The translations under genes were made by a program, and so were the position numbers. From assembly GCF_016026235.1 (NCBI RefSeq), contig NZ_CP065613.1: 64,000 nt of DNA; one strand, given 5' to 3'. Numbering within the stretch: position 1 is the first letter of the stretch; each line of letters begins with the position of its first letter. This document shows positions 1 through 7,801 of this stretch, in pieces. The notes under the pieces were generated by a model. It was not told the DNA's origin and did not search any database. It saw nothing but the letters and a program-made list of their open reading frames with translations. The DNA comes from Escherichia coli. Lineage in GTDB: Bacteria > Pseudomonadota > Gammaproteobacteria > Enterobacterales > Enterobacteriaceae.

Positions 1-176
1 CCATGGGTAAATCATTTTGAACGGCTATGGCAGGCGCTTCATGAAACGATAACGCGCAATCATCAGTGCCGGAGATGTGGCAGTTGCTGAAAAAAGTCCA
101 ACACTTTATGGAAACTGCCAGTCCGTTCCCCGGCGGGAGACATGGTCTGGCAAAAGTGTAGCGGTATTAGGCGCAG

Positions 177-865
177 CTATTTAGCGACATATTCCTTTGT
201 TTTATCGTCAGTTCGTAAACGTCCGATAGCGATGATGTGAAGTGCACTATTTGCAGCACGCTCCCCACCCCGATTAAGTCGGTAACGGTTCATTTTTTTA
301 GAAGATACGGTAACCGAGTTGACACCACACAGCACCGCAAAACCTGATTCTATTCTTAGCCGTTGGGGATTATCTCCGGCAGTGATGAGCAACTGCGAAG
401 CGCTTTCGTATCCAACAGCATTACGTTTAATCAGTTCAGGTGCCAGTTCATCGACAATTGCCGCAATCATGACATCAAGGTCGGCGATTTCATCATGTAA
501 CTCGAAATAGCGTCAGGCAAGTGATTTCAATGCAATGCGATAAACGTTGGTAACATTACGATATTCACTGGCACTAGGCTTCCAGGATCCCGGAGTCCTG
601 ATAAGTTGCATACGTGTCATATTTCTGAGTGGTTCGCGTAATTCATCCGGTGCAGAGATAATATAGGAATGGATAATCTGGAGAGCGACTCTGCAGGCTG
701 ATATTGCGGTTTTGCGGCAAGTTTTTGGCATCCGCTTCTACGCCAAATACCTGAAGTAGGAATGGATGCGTTAGCAGCATACATCCGGATCTGCGCGGGG
801 AATAGCCGGAAACGGCTATCCCTACCACAATAGCTAACTTTGTAATAGTGCCCTTTTAGGCTCAT
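177..865 (-). pseudogene. IS110-family transposase remnant (C-terminal portion only, frameshifted)
   Basis: ORF 177..470 (97 aa) carries the IS110-family C-terminal signature VGYESASQLLITAGDNPQRLRIESGFAVLCGV..SSGK..RYRLNRGGERAANSALH; the upstream frames (513..731, 617..865) are broken, and the N-terminal DEDD domain is missing because the LacI-type gene starts at 862. Confidence 0.45.
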
Positions 866-1893
866 GTACTCTGACGTAATTCTATCTGGTAGTTGAATTG
901 CACGATACGCGACTCTTCTGATTCATCATGATTATTATTCAATAGCCCAATCAGTAACTTACCCGTCTCTATCCCCATTTTTTTGTAGTCAATACGGATG
1001 GATGTCAAGGTTGGGTGTGTTTGATCGCAATTGTCTGAACCATCAAGACAAGCTACAGCGATATTTTCAGGAATTTTTAACAAACGCCGCTGGCACTCAA
1101 ACATGATACCCAGCGCAATCTCTTCGTGGCTGCAAATCACAGCATCCAGCTCTGGTTGTCGCAGTAATATCTCGTTTAATGCGTAACGCCCCAATTGCAG
1201 ACTTGCGGCATCCGGCATGGTGATAACAAGATCAGAGTTCTGGTAATGGCTCAACATTGCTTTATGCCAGCCGTTCAGTTGCTGACGTTGCAGGCGGTTG
1301 TCCATATGCGCACCGATAAATCCGATATTCTTATAACCCTGTTCCAGCAGATGTTCGGTCAGTTTATGTGATGCTTCAAAAAATGCTGTTTCGATGGTAA
1401 TTTGAGCCGGACTGAAAGGGGAACCGACAACGTTAATGGTAGGTATATTTGTTTTCTCGAGTATCTGGTGAGTTTTATCAGCCAACTGAGAACCAAAAAT
1501 AACTAACGCCGCCGGGTTGCCTTGAAGAAGCGTCATCAGAATTTCAGCTTCTTTGAGCTGATTATACTCATGACACCCAAGCAGTAGCTGGAATTCATTT
1601 TTATTAAGCACCTGCTGCAACGACTGCATAAAGCGGGAGCTGGCTTTATCTGTCAGGGAAGGAACCAGTACGGCGACTGTATCACTGTGACCAGATGCAA
1701 GGGCGCCAGCAGTTCTGTTGGGAATATAACCCAACTCTTCTACGGCCTGTTCTATCTTTTCCCTCAGCTTGTCAGATACCTGTTCCGGTGTTCTCAGCGC
1801 ACGGGAAACGGTCATGGTTCCGACACCTGCAAAGTTAGCGACCTCCTGCAGCGTCACCCGTCCGGTACCACGGCGCTTACGTGTTTTTTCCAT
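862..1893 (-). CDS. LacI-family transcriptional regulator (343 aa)
   Basis: N-terminal HTH (RVTLQEVANFAGVGTMTVSRAL) followed by a periplasmic-binding-protein-like sugar-binding fold; ATG at 1891-1893; divergent from the PTS genes. Confidence 0.8.
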   Translation of the reverse strand: MEKTRKRRGTGRVTLQEVANFAGVGTMTVSRALRTPEQVSDKLREKIEQAVEELGYIPNRTAGALASGHSDTVAVLVPSLTDKASSRFMQSLQQVLNKNEFQLLLGCHEYNQLKEAEILMTLLQGNPAALVIFGSQLADKTHQILEKTNIPTINVVGSPFSPAQITIETAFFEASHKLTEHLLEQGYKNIGFIGAHMDNRLQRQQLNGWHKAMLSHYQNSDLVITMPDAASLQLGRYALNEILLRQPELDAVICSHEEIALGIMFECQRRLLKIPENIAVACLDGSDNCDQTHPTLTSIRIDYKKMGIETGKLLIGLLNNNHDESEESRIVQFNYQIELRQST

Positions 1894-2038
1894 TTCGACT
1901 CCATGGATAATTACAACCAGCTGTTTTCATTACTGTTATTTCACCATTACTCTTTCCAGTTTTTGCCCACGGTAGCAAATATCCTGTTGCATTGTATATG
2001 CAGGAACCGAATATAGCCAAAGCATGGCGGCAGAGAAA

Positions 2039-2086
2039 TGATAGCGCTATCACAAAGATTGGTAGCGTTATCAGATAGCGCTATCA
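2039..2086. promoter_or_regulatory. Three LacI-type operator-like palindromes with central CG
   Basis: TGATAGCGCTATCA (2039-2052, perfect 14-bp palindrome), TGGTAGCGTTATCA (2059-2072) and AGATAGCGCTATCA (2073-2086), in the divergent regulator/PTS intergenic region. Confidence 0.5.
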
Positions 2087-2163
2087 AATGCGACAATCAT
2101 CACATTAATTAATGCGTAAAATATCTACTCTCCTGTTAATTATCATCGGGAGTTATCAGTAGC

Positions 2164-2607
2164 ATGTTAAAAAATCTATTAAATACAGAGGTCGTTCAGG
2201 TCGTGGAACAGGCCAAAGACTGGCGGGAAGCCGTGGCGATTTCATGCCGGCCGTTGATTGAAAACGGTTCTATCGAACCGCGTTATGTTGATGCGATCTA
2301 TCGCTCGCACGACACTATCGGTCCGTACTATGTGGTTGGCCCTGGTATTGCGATGCCTCATGCGCGCCCGGAAGAGGGAGCTAACAAGCTGTCATTAGCA
2401 CTGACCCTGATCCCTTCAGGTGTGAATTTTGATGCCGATGAAAACGATCCAGTGAAATTACTGATTGTGCTGGCTGCAACCGACAGTACCAGCCACATTG
2501 AAGCGATTTCTCAACTCGCCAAGTTATTCGATAACGAAAAAGACATACAGGCCATTTTGATGGCCAAAACGACGCAGGACATTTTGTCTGTTATTGCGCG
2601 CTATTAA
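2164..2607 (+). CDS. PTS enzyme IIA component, ascorbate (UlaC/SgcA-like) family
   Basis: 147 aa with PTS_EIIA_2-type motifs (GPYYVVGPGIAMPHARPEEG); GGGAG Shine-Dalgarno upstream of the ATG. Confidence 0.8.
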   Translation: MLKNLLNTEVVQVVEQAKDWREAVAISCRPLIENGSIEPRYVDAIYRSHDTIGPYYVVGPGIAMPHARPEEGANKLSLALTLIPSGVNFDADENDPVKLLIVLAATDSTSHIEAISQLAKLFDNEKDIQAILMAKTTQDILSVIARY

Positions 2608-2622
2608 TCCAGAGGAACATTT

Positions 2623-2910
2623 ATGAAAATTACAGTGGTTTGCGGTAACGGCTTAGGCACCAGCCTGATGATGGAAATGAGCATTAAAAGCATTTTGAAG
2701 GATTTGTCCGTCAGCGCTGATGTTGATCACGTCGACCTGGGCTCCGCGAAAGGGACGCCGAGTGATATCTATGTCGGCACCAAAGACATTGCCGAGCAGT
2801 TAGTCGCGCAGTCTGTCGCAGGCAAAATCGTCGCACTGGAAAATATGATTGATAAGAAAGCCATGAGAGAACGTTTATCCGTGGTATTAAACGAATTAGG
2901 CGCACTGTAA
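2623..2910 (+). CDS. PTS enzyme IIB component (UlaB-like)
   Basis: 95 aa; N-terminal KITVVCGNGLGTS cysteine phosphorylation-site motif typical of small IIB proteins. Confidence 0.8.
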   Translation: MKITVVCGNGLGTSLMMEMSIKSILKDLSVSADVDHVDLGSAKGTPSDIYVGTKDIAEQLVAQSVAGKIVALENMIDKKAMRERLSVVLNELGAL

Positions 2911-2922
2911 GCTGGGGGCGAT

Positions 2923-4179
2923 ATGGATTTCTTTCGTTTTTTGATGAGCGATGTACTTTCCGAACCCGCAGTGCTGGTCGGTTTAATCGCCCTGATTGGC
3001 CTGATTGCACAGAAAAAACCGGTAACCGAATGCATTAAAGGTACCGTCAAGACCATTATGGGGTTTGTGATTTTAGGCGCAGGGGCGGGTTTAGTTGTGT
3101 CGTCACTGGGTGACTTCGCAAACATTTTCCAGCATGCCTTTGGTATTCAGGGTGTAGTGCCGAACAATGAAGCCATTGTTTCCGTAGCGCAGAAAAGCTT
3201 CGGGAAAGAAATGGCGATGATTATGTTCTTTGCGATGGTTATCAACATTATGATTGCCCGTTTCACACCGTGGAAATTTATCTTCCTGACCGGTCATCAC
3301 ACGTTGTTTATGTCGATGATGGTAGCGGTAATTCTGGCAACAGCAGGCATGACCGGCATTACGCTTATAGCCGTTGGCTCTTTGGTTGTTGGCGTGGCAA
3401 TGGTCTTTTTCCCGGCTATTGCGCATCCGTACATGAAGAAAGTGACCGGTTCTGATGACGTTGCCATCGGCCACTTCTCAACATTATCTTATGTATTGGC
3501 CGGTTTCATCGGCAGCAAGTTTGGTAATAAAGAGCACTCGACTGAAGACATGAATGTGCCGAAAAGTCTGCTGTTCTTGCGCGACACGCCGGTTGCTATC
3601 TCTTTTACCATGAGCATAATTTTCCTGGTGACGTGCCTGTTTGCGGGTGCAGATGCGGTGAAAGAGCTTAGCGGTGGTAAAAACTGGTTCATGTTCTCTA
3701 TCATGCAATCCATTACCTTCGCAGCTGGCGTGTACATCATTCTGCAGGGTGTGCGCATGGTGATTGCGGAGATTGTCCCGGCATTCAAAGGTATTTCAGA
3801 CAAGCTGGTTCCGAATGCCAGACCTGCTCTCGATTGCCCGGTCGTCTTCCCTTACGCACCTAACGCTGTACTGGTTGGTTTCCTGAGTAGCTTTGCTGCA
3901 GGTTTAATCGGTATGTTCACGTTGTATCTGCTGAACATGATCGTGATTATTCCTGGTGTGGTGCCGCACTTCTTCGTAGGTGCAGCTGCAGGGGTATTCG
4001 GTAATGCAACGGGTGGACGTCGTGGTGCGATTTTGGGTGCCTTCGCTCAAGGCTTGCTTATTACCTTCCTGCCAGTATTCTTATTGCCGGTGCTGGGTGA
4101 TATTGGTTTTGCTAACACCACCTTCAGTGATGCTGACTTTGGCGCACTGGGTATTTTGTTAGGGATTATCGTTCGCTAA
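2923..4179 (+). CDS. PTS enzyme IIC permease, ascorbate (UlaA/SgaT) family
   Basis: 418 aa polytopic membrane protein with UlaA-like segments (IKGTVKTIMGF, VAEIVPAFKGISDKLVPNA). Confidence 0.85.
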   Translation: MDFFRFLMSDVLSEPAVLVGLIALIGLIAQKKPVTECIKGTVKTIMGFVILGAGAGLVVSSLGDFANIFQHAFGIQGVVPNNEAIVSVAQKSFGKEMAMIMFFAMVINIMIARFTPWKFIFLTGHHTLFMSMMVAVILATAGMTGITLIAVGSLVVGVAMVFFPAIAHPYMKKVTGSDDVAIGHFSTLSYVLAGFIGSKFGNKEHSTEDMNVPKSLLFLRDTPVAISFTMSIIFLVTCLFAGADAVKELSGGKNWFMFSIMQSITFAAGVYIILQGVRMVIAEIVPAFKGISDKLVPNARPALDCPVVFPYAPNAVLVGFLSSFAAGLIGMFTLYLLNMIVIIPGVVPHFFVGAAAGVFGNATGGRRGAILGAFAQGLLITFLPVFLLPVLGDIGFANTTFSDADFGALGILLGIIVR

Positions 4180-4192
4180 TATTTTGATGACA

Positions 4193-4245
4193 TTAATATC
4201 CTCCAGGATTTCAGGAACGTGGAGGATATTAATTCCTCTTATTTT
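4193..4245 (+). terminator. Intrinsic terminator after the PTS operon
   Basis: Perfect 13-bp inverted repeat TTAATATCCTCCA...TGGAGGATATTAA (4193-4232) followed by a T-rich tract. Confidence 0.6.
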
Positions 4246-4418
4246 CTCCATTTTTCTTTCTTCCAGTCAGGACTGCATCCGATTAATCGTAAGGCAGTAT
4301 GACTTTCTGTGAGACAGATGCTGGCCAACGTGGGATATTTAACGCGGGTTAACATCGTTGTCAGAGCCGCATGGGTGAGCTGTTGCTACACCCCGGTATT
4401 TCCACCACGGAGGCCAGC

Positions 4419-5546
4419 ATGAACAACAATAACACATTGTACGTCGGGTTAGATGTTCACAAAGAATCGATTACTGTCGCTTATGCTATCAATTCAGAAC
4501 CTGTTGAACTGATGGGTAAAATTGGCACATCACCTACTGATATTCAGAATCTTTGTAAACGTCTCAGGTCAAAGTCATCGCAGGTCAGTATCGTTTATGA
4601 AGCGGGGCCCTGTGGTTATGGACTTTATCGTCGGCTGGTGAAATCCGGTTTTGACTGCATGGTCTGCGCCCCCTCACTTATCCCGAAAAAACCGGGGGAG
4701 CGGGTTAAAACCGATCGCCGTGATGCCATCAGACTTGTGCGTTCACTGCGTGCAGGAGATCTTTCTGCTGTCTACGTACCCGGCATTGAAGATGAGGCAT
4801 TCCGGGATTTGGCCCGGGCATGGGCATCTGCCCGCGATGATTTACGGCATGCAAGGCAACGTCTGAAATCGTTTCTTCTGGTTCATGGGGTCCATTATGT
4901 CGGGCGAGCAGATTGGGGCCCTGCACACCGACGCTGGCTCAGCAAATACTCATTCGAAAGTCCCTGGCGACAATTAGCTTTTGACGAACACCGTCGTACA
5001 ATAGAAGACCGGCAGGCACAATGTGAACGGCTGGAATCCGCCCTGAAGGAGGCCGTTACCGAATGGAGGCTGTATCCGGTAGTAGAGGCGCTGCAAGCCA
5101 TGCGAGGGATTCAGTTTATTACTGCGGTTGGATTAATTTCTGAACTGGGTGATCTGACCCGTTTTGAACATCCACGACAACTGATGTCATGGTTTGGTAT
5201 CACGCCATCAGAATATTCATCGGGTGGAAGCAGACATCAGGGCAGCATTACCAAAGCCGGAAACAGCTATGCCAGAAAGCTATTGGTCGAGGCAGCGTGG
5301 AGTTACCGTCATCCGGCACGCATCAGTCCGGCAATACAAAAAAGGCAGGAAAATTTACCCCGCCCCGTCATTGACAGAGCATGGGATGCTCAACTCAGGC
5401 TTTGTAAGAGGTATCGAAAACTTCAGGCCAAAGGAAAGAATGTCAATATTACAATTGTTGCTGTTGCACGTGAGCTGGCGGGTTTTATCTGGGATATGGG
5501 CCGAATAGCAATATCTGTCGCACAACAACCACAATGTCACAAATAA
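4419..5546 (+). CDS. IS110-family transposase/recombinase (375 aa from the SD-preceded ATG; the ORF track starts at 4371)
   Basis: N-terminal LYVGLDVHKESI RuvC-like DEDD domain and C-terminal Transposase_20-type region (GITPSEYSSGGSRHQGSITKAGNSYARKLL); GGAGG 7 nt upstream of the ATG at 4419. Confidence 0.8.
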   Translation: MNNNNTLYVGLDVHKESITVAYAINSEPVELMGKIGTSPTDIQNLCKRLRSKSSQVSIVYEAGPCGYGLYRRLVKSGFDCMVCAPSLIPKKPGERVKTDRRDAIRLVRSLRAGDLSAVYVPGIEDEAFRDLARAWASARDDLRHARQRLKSFLLVHGVHYVGRADWGPAHRRWLSKYSFESPWRQLAFDEHRRTIEDRQAQCERLESALKEAVTEWRLYPVVEALQAMRGIQFITAVGLISELGDLTRFEHPRQLMSWFGITPSEYSSGGSRHQGSITKAGNSYARKLLVEAAWSYRHPARISPAIQKRQENLPRPVIDRAWDAQLRLCKRYRKLQAKGKNVNITIVAVARELAGFIWDMGRIAISVAQQPQCHK

Positions 5547-5565
5547 AAAATGAGAATAACCAGTT

Positions 5566-5748
5566 CCCTGAAGGCGACGTAGCCCGGTACAAGAGTAACC
5601 CACGTTAGCGCTTGGCGACGGCGGAACAAAGCTGATTCGCGACGTAAGAAAGTGGCAGGCTCATATGACGGACCTCTGTAATGCGGTATCCAACCCGCGA
5701 ATATCAGCGTGATTCACCGTCGGATTTACTGCTACGTCGCCCTCAGGG
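5566..5748 (+). other. Long-range inverted repeat enclosing 147 bp downstream of the IS110-family recombinase (candidate structured RNA)
   Basis: CCCTGAAGGCGACGTAGC (5566-5583) is complementary at 17 of 18 positions to GCTACGTCGCCCTCAGGG (5731-5748). Confidence 0.4.
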
Positions 5749-6134
5749 AATTAAACCTAAAAAGAAAATCGTCAAAATTAGAGATTCCGGTTTGACACGG
5801 AAAGTCATATCAGCGCTGACGGGTGACCCTAAGCCCTGATAATCATAGCTTAAGGTGAGGATTTATGAGGGATTAATTAGGAAAAGTAATAATTAATTTG
5901 TTGTCAGTCGGCGATGTTTGTTAGGCCAATATTTCAAAAATAATCCAGCTTGTCGTCAATAATTGCGATAAAGAGATAAATTAAAGTTAAATAATTAAAT
6001 CATTAAAAAATTACGCCATTAAAATGCGAGGCGTCTTCCGGATTAGAATCGATAAAACAGAATGGGTTAAAGAGAGCGATATAATAGCGGCGGGTGCTTG
6101 AGGCTGTCTGTCTCAGGCATTAGCTGAACGGCAG

Positions 6135-6195
6135 ATAGAGAAAAGCCCCGAGTGATATTTTACCATCAACCCGAGGCCCCCTATATGCTGAACAC
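6135..6195 (-). ncRNA. sokC: sokC antisense RNA of the hokC/mokC locus (position inferred)
   Basis: In hok/sok loci the Sok RNA is antisense to the mok start region; TTGACC (reverse complement of 6223-6228) is a candidate -35. Coordinates are approximate. Confidence 0.3.
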
Positions 6196-6394
6196 ATGTA
6201 GAGTGCCTCTTACTGACCGTAAGGTCAAGGAGAAGAGAGCAATGAAGCAGCATAAGGCGATGATTGTCGCCCTGATCGTCATCTGTATCACCGCCGTAGT
6301 GGCGGCGCTGGTAACGAGAAAAGACCTCTGTGAGGTTCACATCCGAACTGGCCAGACGGAGGTTGCTGTTTTCACGGCTTACGAATCCGAGTAA
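6185..6394 (+). CDS. mokC: MokC, overlapping regulatory reading frame of hokC
   Basis: 69-codon frame MLNTCRVPLTDRKVKEKRA... that contains hokC in the same frame. Confidence 0.65.
   Translation: MLNTCRVPLTDRKVKEKRAMKQHKAMIVALIVICITAVVAALVTRKDLCEVHIRTGQTEVAVFTAYESE
6242..6394 (+). CDS. hokC: HokC (Gef) small membrane toxin
   Basis: 50 aa MKQHKAMIVALIVICITAVVAALVTRKDLCEVHIRTGQTEVAVFTAYESE, matching the Hok family. Confidence 0.85.
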   Translation: MKQHKAMIVALIVICITAVVAALVTRKDLCEVHIRTGQTEVAVFTAYESE

Positions 6395-6417
6395 GAGCAA
6401 CGGCGGGGAGTGATCCC

Positions 6418-7711
6418 CTGAGGGATCCCCAGAAAATTTAGTAAACCATTATCATATTGGTATACCGTTGCTGTAGAACTTTCAGCCCTGCGTCAAGTGA
6501 CAGTGTGTTTAGTATGAGTGGAGAATGTCGAATCACATTCTCCGCCAGTTTTAATAACGAGATGACTCGCCTGTGCTTCACTGTATTTGCCTGATATTTA
6601 TGATGTATCCCTTTGTTTTCCAGGCTGAAACCGCTTAACCACATAATGATACTGGCTAATGTTGCGATCAGACTCAATACCGTGACCCGCCCGGATGAAT
6701 GACTGGCACCAAACCGTAGTCCAAATCCCCAGCGAGGATTTTTTTCATCCCTGAAATTTTGCTCAATTTGCATTCTACGGCTGTATAATTTCATTACCTG
6801 TTTTGGCGAGAACTCAGTACTGTTTGTGAAAATAAACCATGGTGATTTCCCGGCAGTACGAGCTTTAGCCGTCACCGATGGTCTGGTTGCTCTTTCCTTC
6901 GAGCGTTTAAATCTACGACCTTTAGGCTTACTTTTATAAAGATAAAAATGCCCTTCATGTTGTGCATTTTTATCTCGACCCAGCAGGCCTTCACCTAAAT
7001 AAATTGCTGTCGTTGATGCTTTTGTGCCTGAGTCCGACACCTTTTCCCAGCCATTACCAACATTGTAATAATGATTGCCCAGTACCCGGCAAATATAGGT
7101 CCAGCCACGGGAGCGGAGCTGTTGGAACCATCGCCCCTGAAAACCGGCATCTGTAATAACAATGACATCAGTCCCGGGGGAAAAGCACTCAGCAAGCGAT
7201 TCCAGAAAACGCTCATGTACATCTGCATTCGCTGTCTGTGATGATGGAACGACACAACTCATCAACGGTAAAGAACGCCCGTCACATGCCAGGCTTGCCC
7301 GCAAAAGCTGAAAACGAGAGGCATGATAAGCACTCCAGTCAATGAGTATCACAACACGAGACATTCCCCGCGTAATCTTTTGGGTAATTCGCTGAAAAAT
7401 GGTGGAAACCTCATTTTGCAAATGTCGATTCCCCAACAGTCGATCCACCCGCTTTATTTTGTTTTTAACTGATGCCGTACCGGTTAAATGACGCCCGATA
7501 CTGGTAAGTGTGAGGGAAGCGCCATTTATTACAGCATTAGTTGCGTCAATCAGTGATTTTTGACGGTAAAGATGCAAAGGGGCCAGTATATTGTTAAGGA
7601 AATTTTGGCATAATGAACGTGCAGGCATAGTGGTGATCTCCTTGAAATTGTTAGCACAATCAATTAGATCACATCTCACTATGCCTGTCTTGTTTTCTGG
7701 GGATTCCTCAG
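6418..7711 (-). mobile_element. IS10-like (IS4-family) insertion sequence, intact copy, about 1.29 kb
   Basis: Terminal inverted repeats CTGAGGGATCCCCAGAAAA (left) and CTGAGGAATCCCCAGAAAA (right, reverse complement), resembling IS10 ends; flanked by direct repeat GAGTGATCC(C) at 6408-6417 and 7712-7721. Confidence 0.8.
6438..7628 (-). CDS. IS4-family (IS10-group) transposase, 396 aa
   Basis: Shares IS10 transposase motifs (KIKRVDRLLGNRHL, DWSA, DAGF, YSRRMQIEQNFRDEK, QANTVKHRRV); true start is MPARSL at 7628, the ORF-track start at 7727 lies outside the element. Confidence 0.85.
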   Translation of the reverse strand: MPARSLCQNFLNNILAPLHLYRQKSLIDATNAVINGASLTLTSIGRHLTGTASVKNKIKRVDRLLGNRHLQNEVSTIFQRITQKITRGMSRVVILIDWSAYHASRFQLLRASLACDGRSLPLMSCVVPSSQTANADVHERFLESLAECFSPGTDVIVITDAGFQGRWFQQLRSRGWTYICRVLGNHYYNVGNGWEKVSDSGTKASTTAIYLGEGLLGRDKNAQHEGHFYLYKSKPKGRRFKRSKERATRPSVTAKARTAGKSPWFIFTNSTEFSPKQVMKLYSRRMQIEQNFRDEKNPRWGFGLRFGASHSSGRVTVLSLIATLASIIMWLSGFSLENKGIHHKYQANTVKHRRVISLLKLAENVIRHSPLILNTLSLDAGLKVLQQRYTNMIMVY

Positions 7712-7760
7712 GAGTGATCCCCGCCACTTTACAGGTGCTCGCATATCTTCAACGCACCCT

Positions 7761-7794
7761 ATTTTTACCCAGGCCTGCCCACGGGCAGGCTTTT
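7761..7794. terminator. Bidirectional hairpin terminator between dnaJ and the hokC side
   Basis: GCCTGCCCacgGGCAGGC hairpin with TTTT on the plus strand and an A/T run on the minus strand. Confidence 0.4.
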
Positions 7795-7801
7795 GGGGAG
7801 G

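Larger units (their letters stand above)
4250..5750 (+). mobile_element. IS110-family insertion sequence (boundaries approximate)
   Basis: Single DEDD-type recombinase gene with no obvious terminal inverted repeats, as is typical of IS110/IS1111 elements; ends cannot be fixed without an empty-site comparison. Confidence 0.4.

Noticed and set aside
1687-2016. 109-aa plus-strand ORF overlapping the 5' end of the LacI-type regulator gene
   Set aside because: Antisense overlap with a confidently called gene, and it runs into the operator region.
4371-4418. Upstream in-frame ATG at 4371 as the IS110-family transposase start
   Set aside because: The ATG at 4419 has a GGAGG Shine-Dalgarno at the correct spacing and begins the conserved N-terminus; the extra 16 codons have no ribosome-binding site.
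5600-5700. Search for the nhaA start at the position predicted by K-12 spacing from mokC
   Set aside because: The minus-strand sequence there does not encode the NhaA N-terminus and no long membrane-protein ORF follows, so nhaA is not present in the window.
6418-7711. Possibility that the element next to dnaJ is IS186, as in K-12
   Set aside because: The transposase here shares IS10-type motifs (KIKRVDRLLGNRHL, YSRRMQIEQNFRDEK) and IS10-like termini (CTGAGG.ATCCCC), and does not match the IS186 InsL sequence as I recall it. Exact naming needs an ISfinder search.
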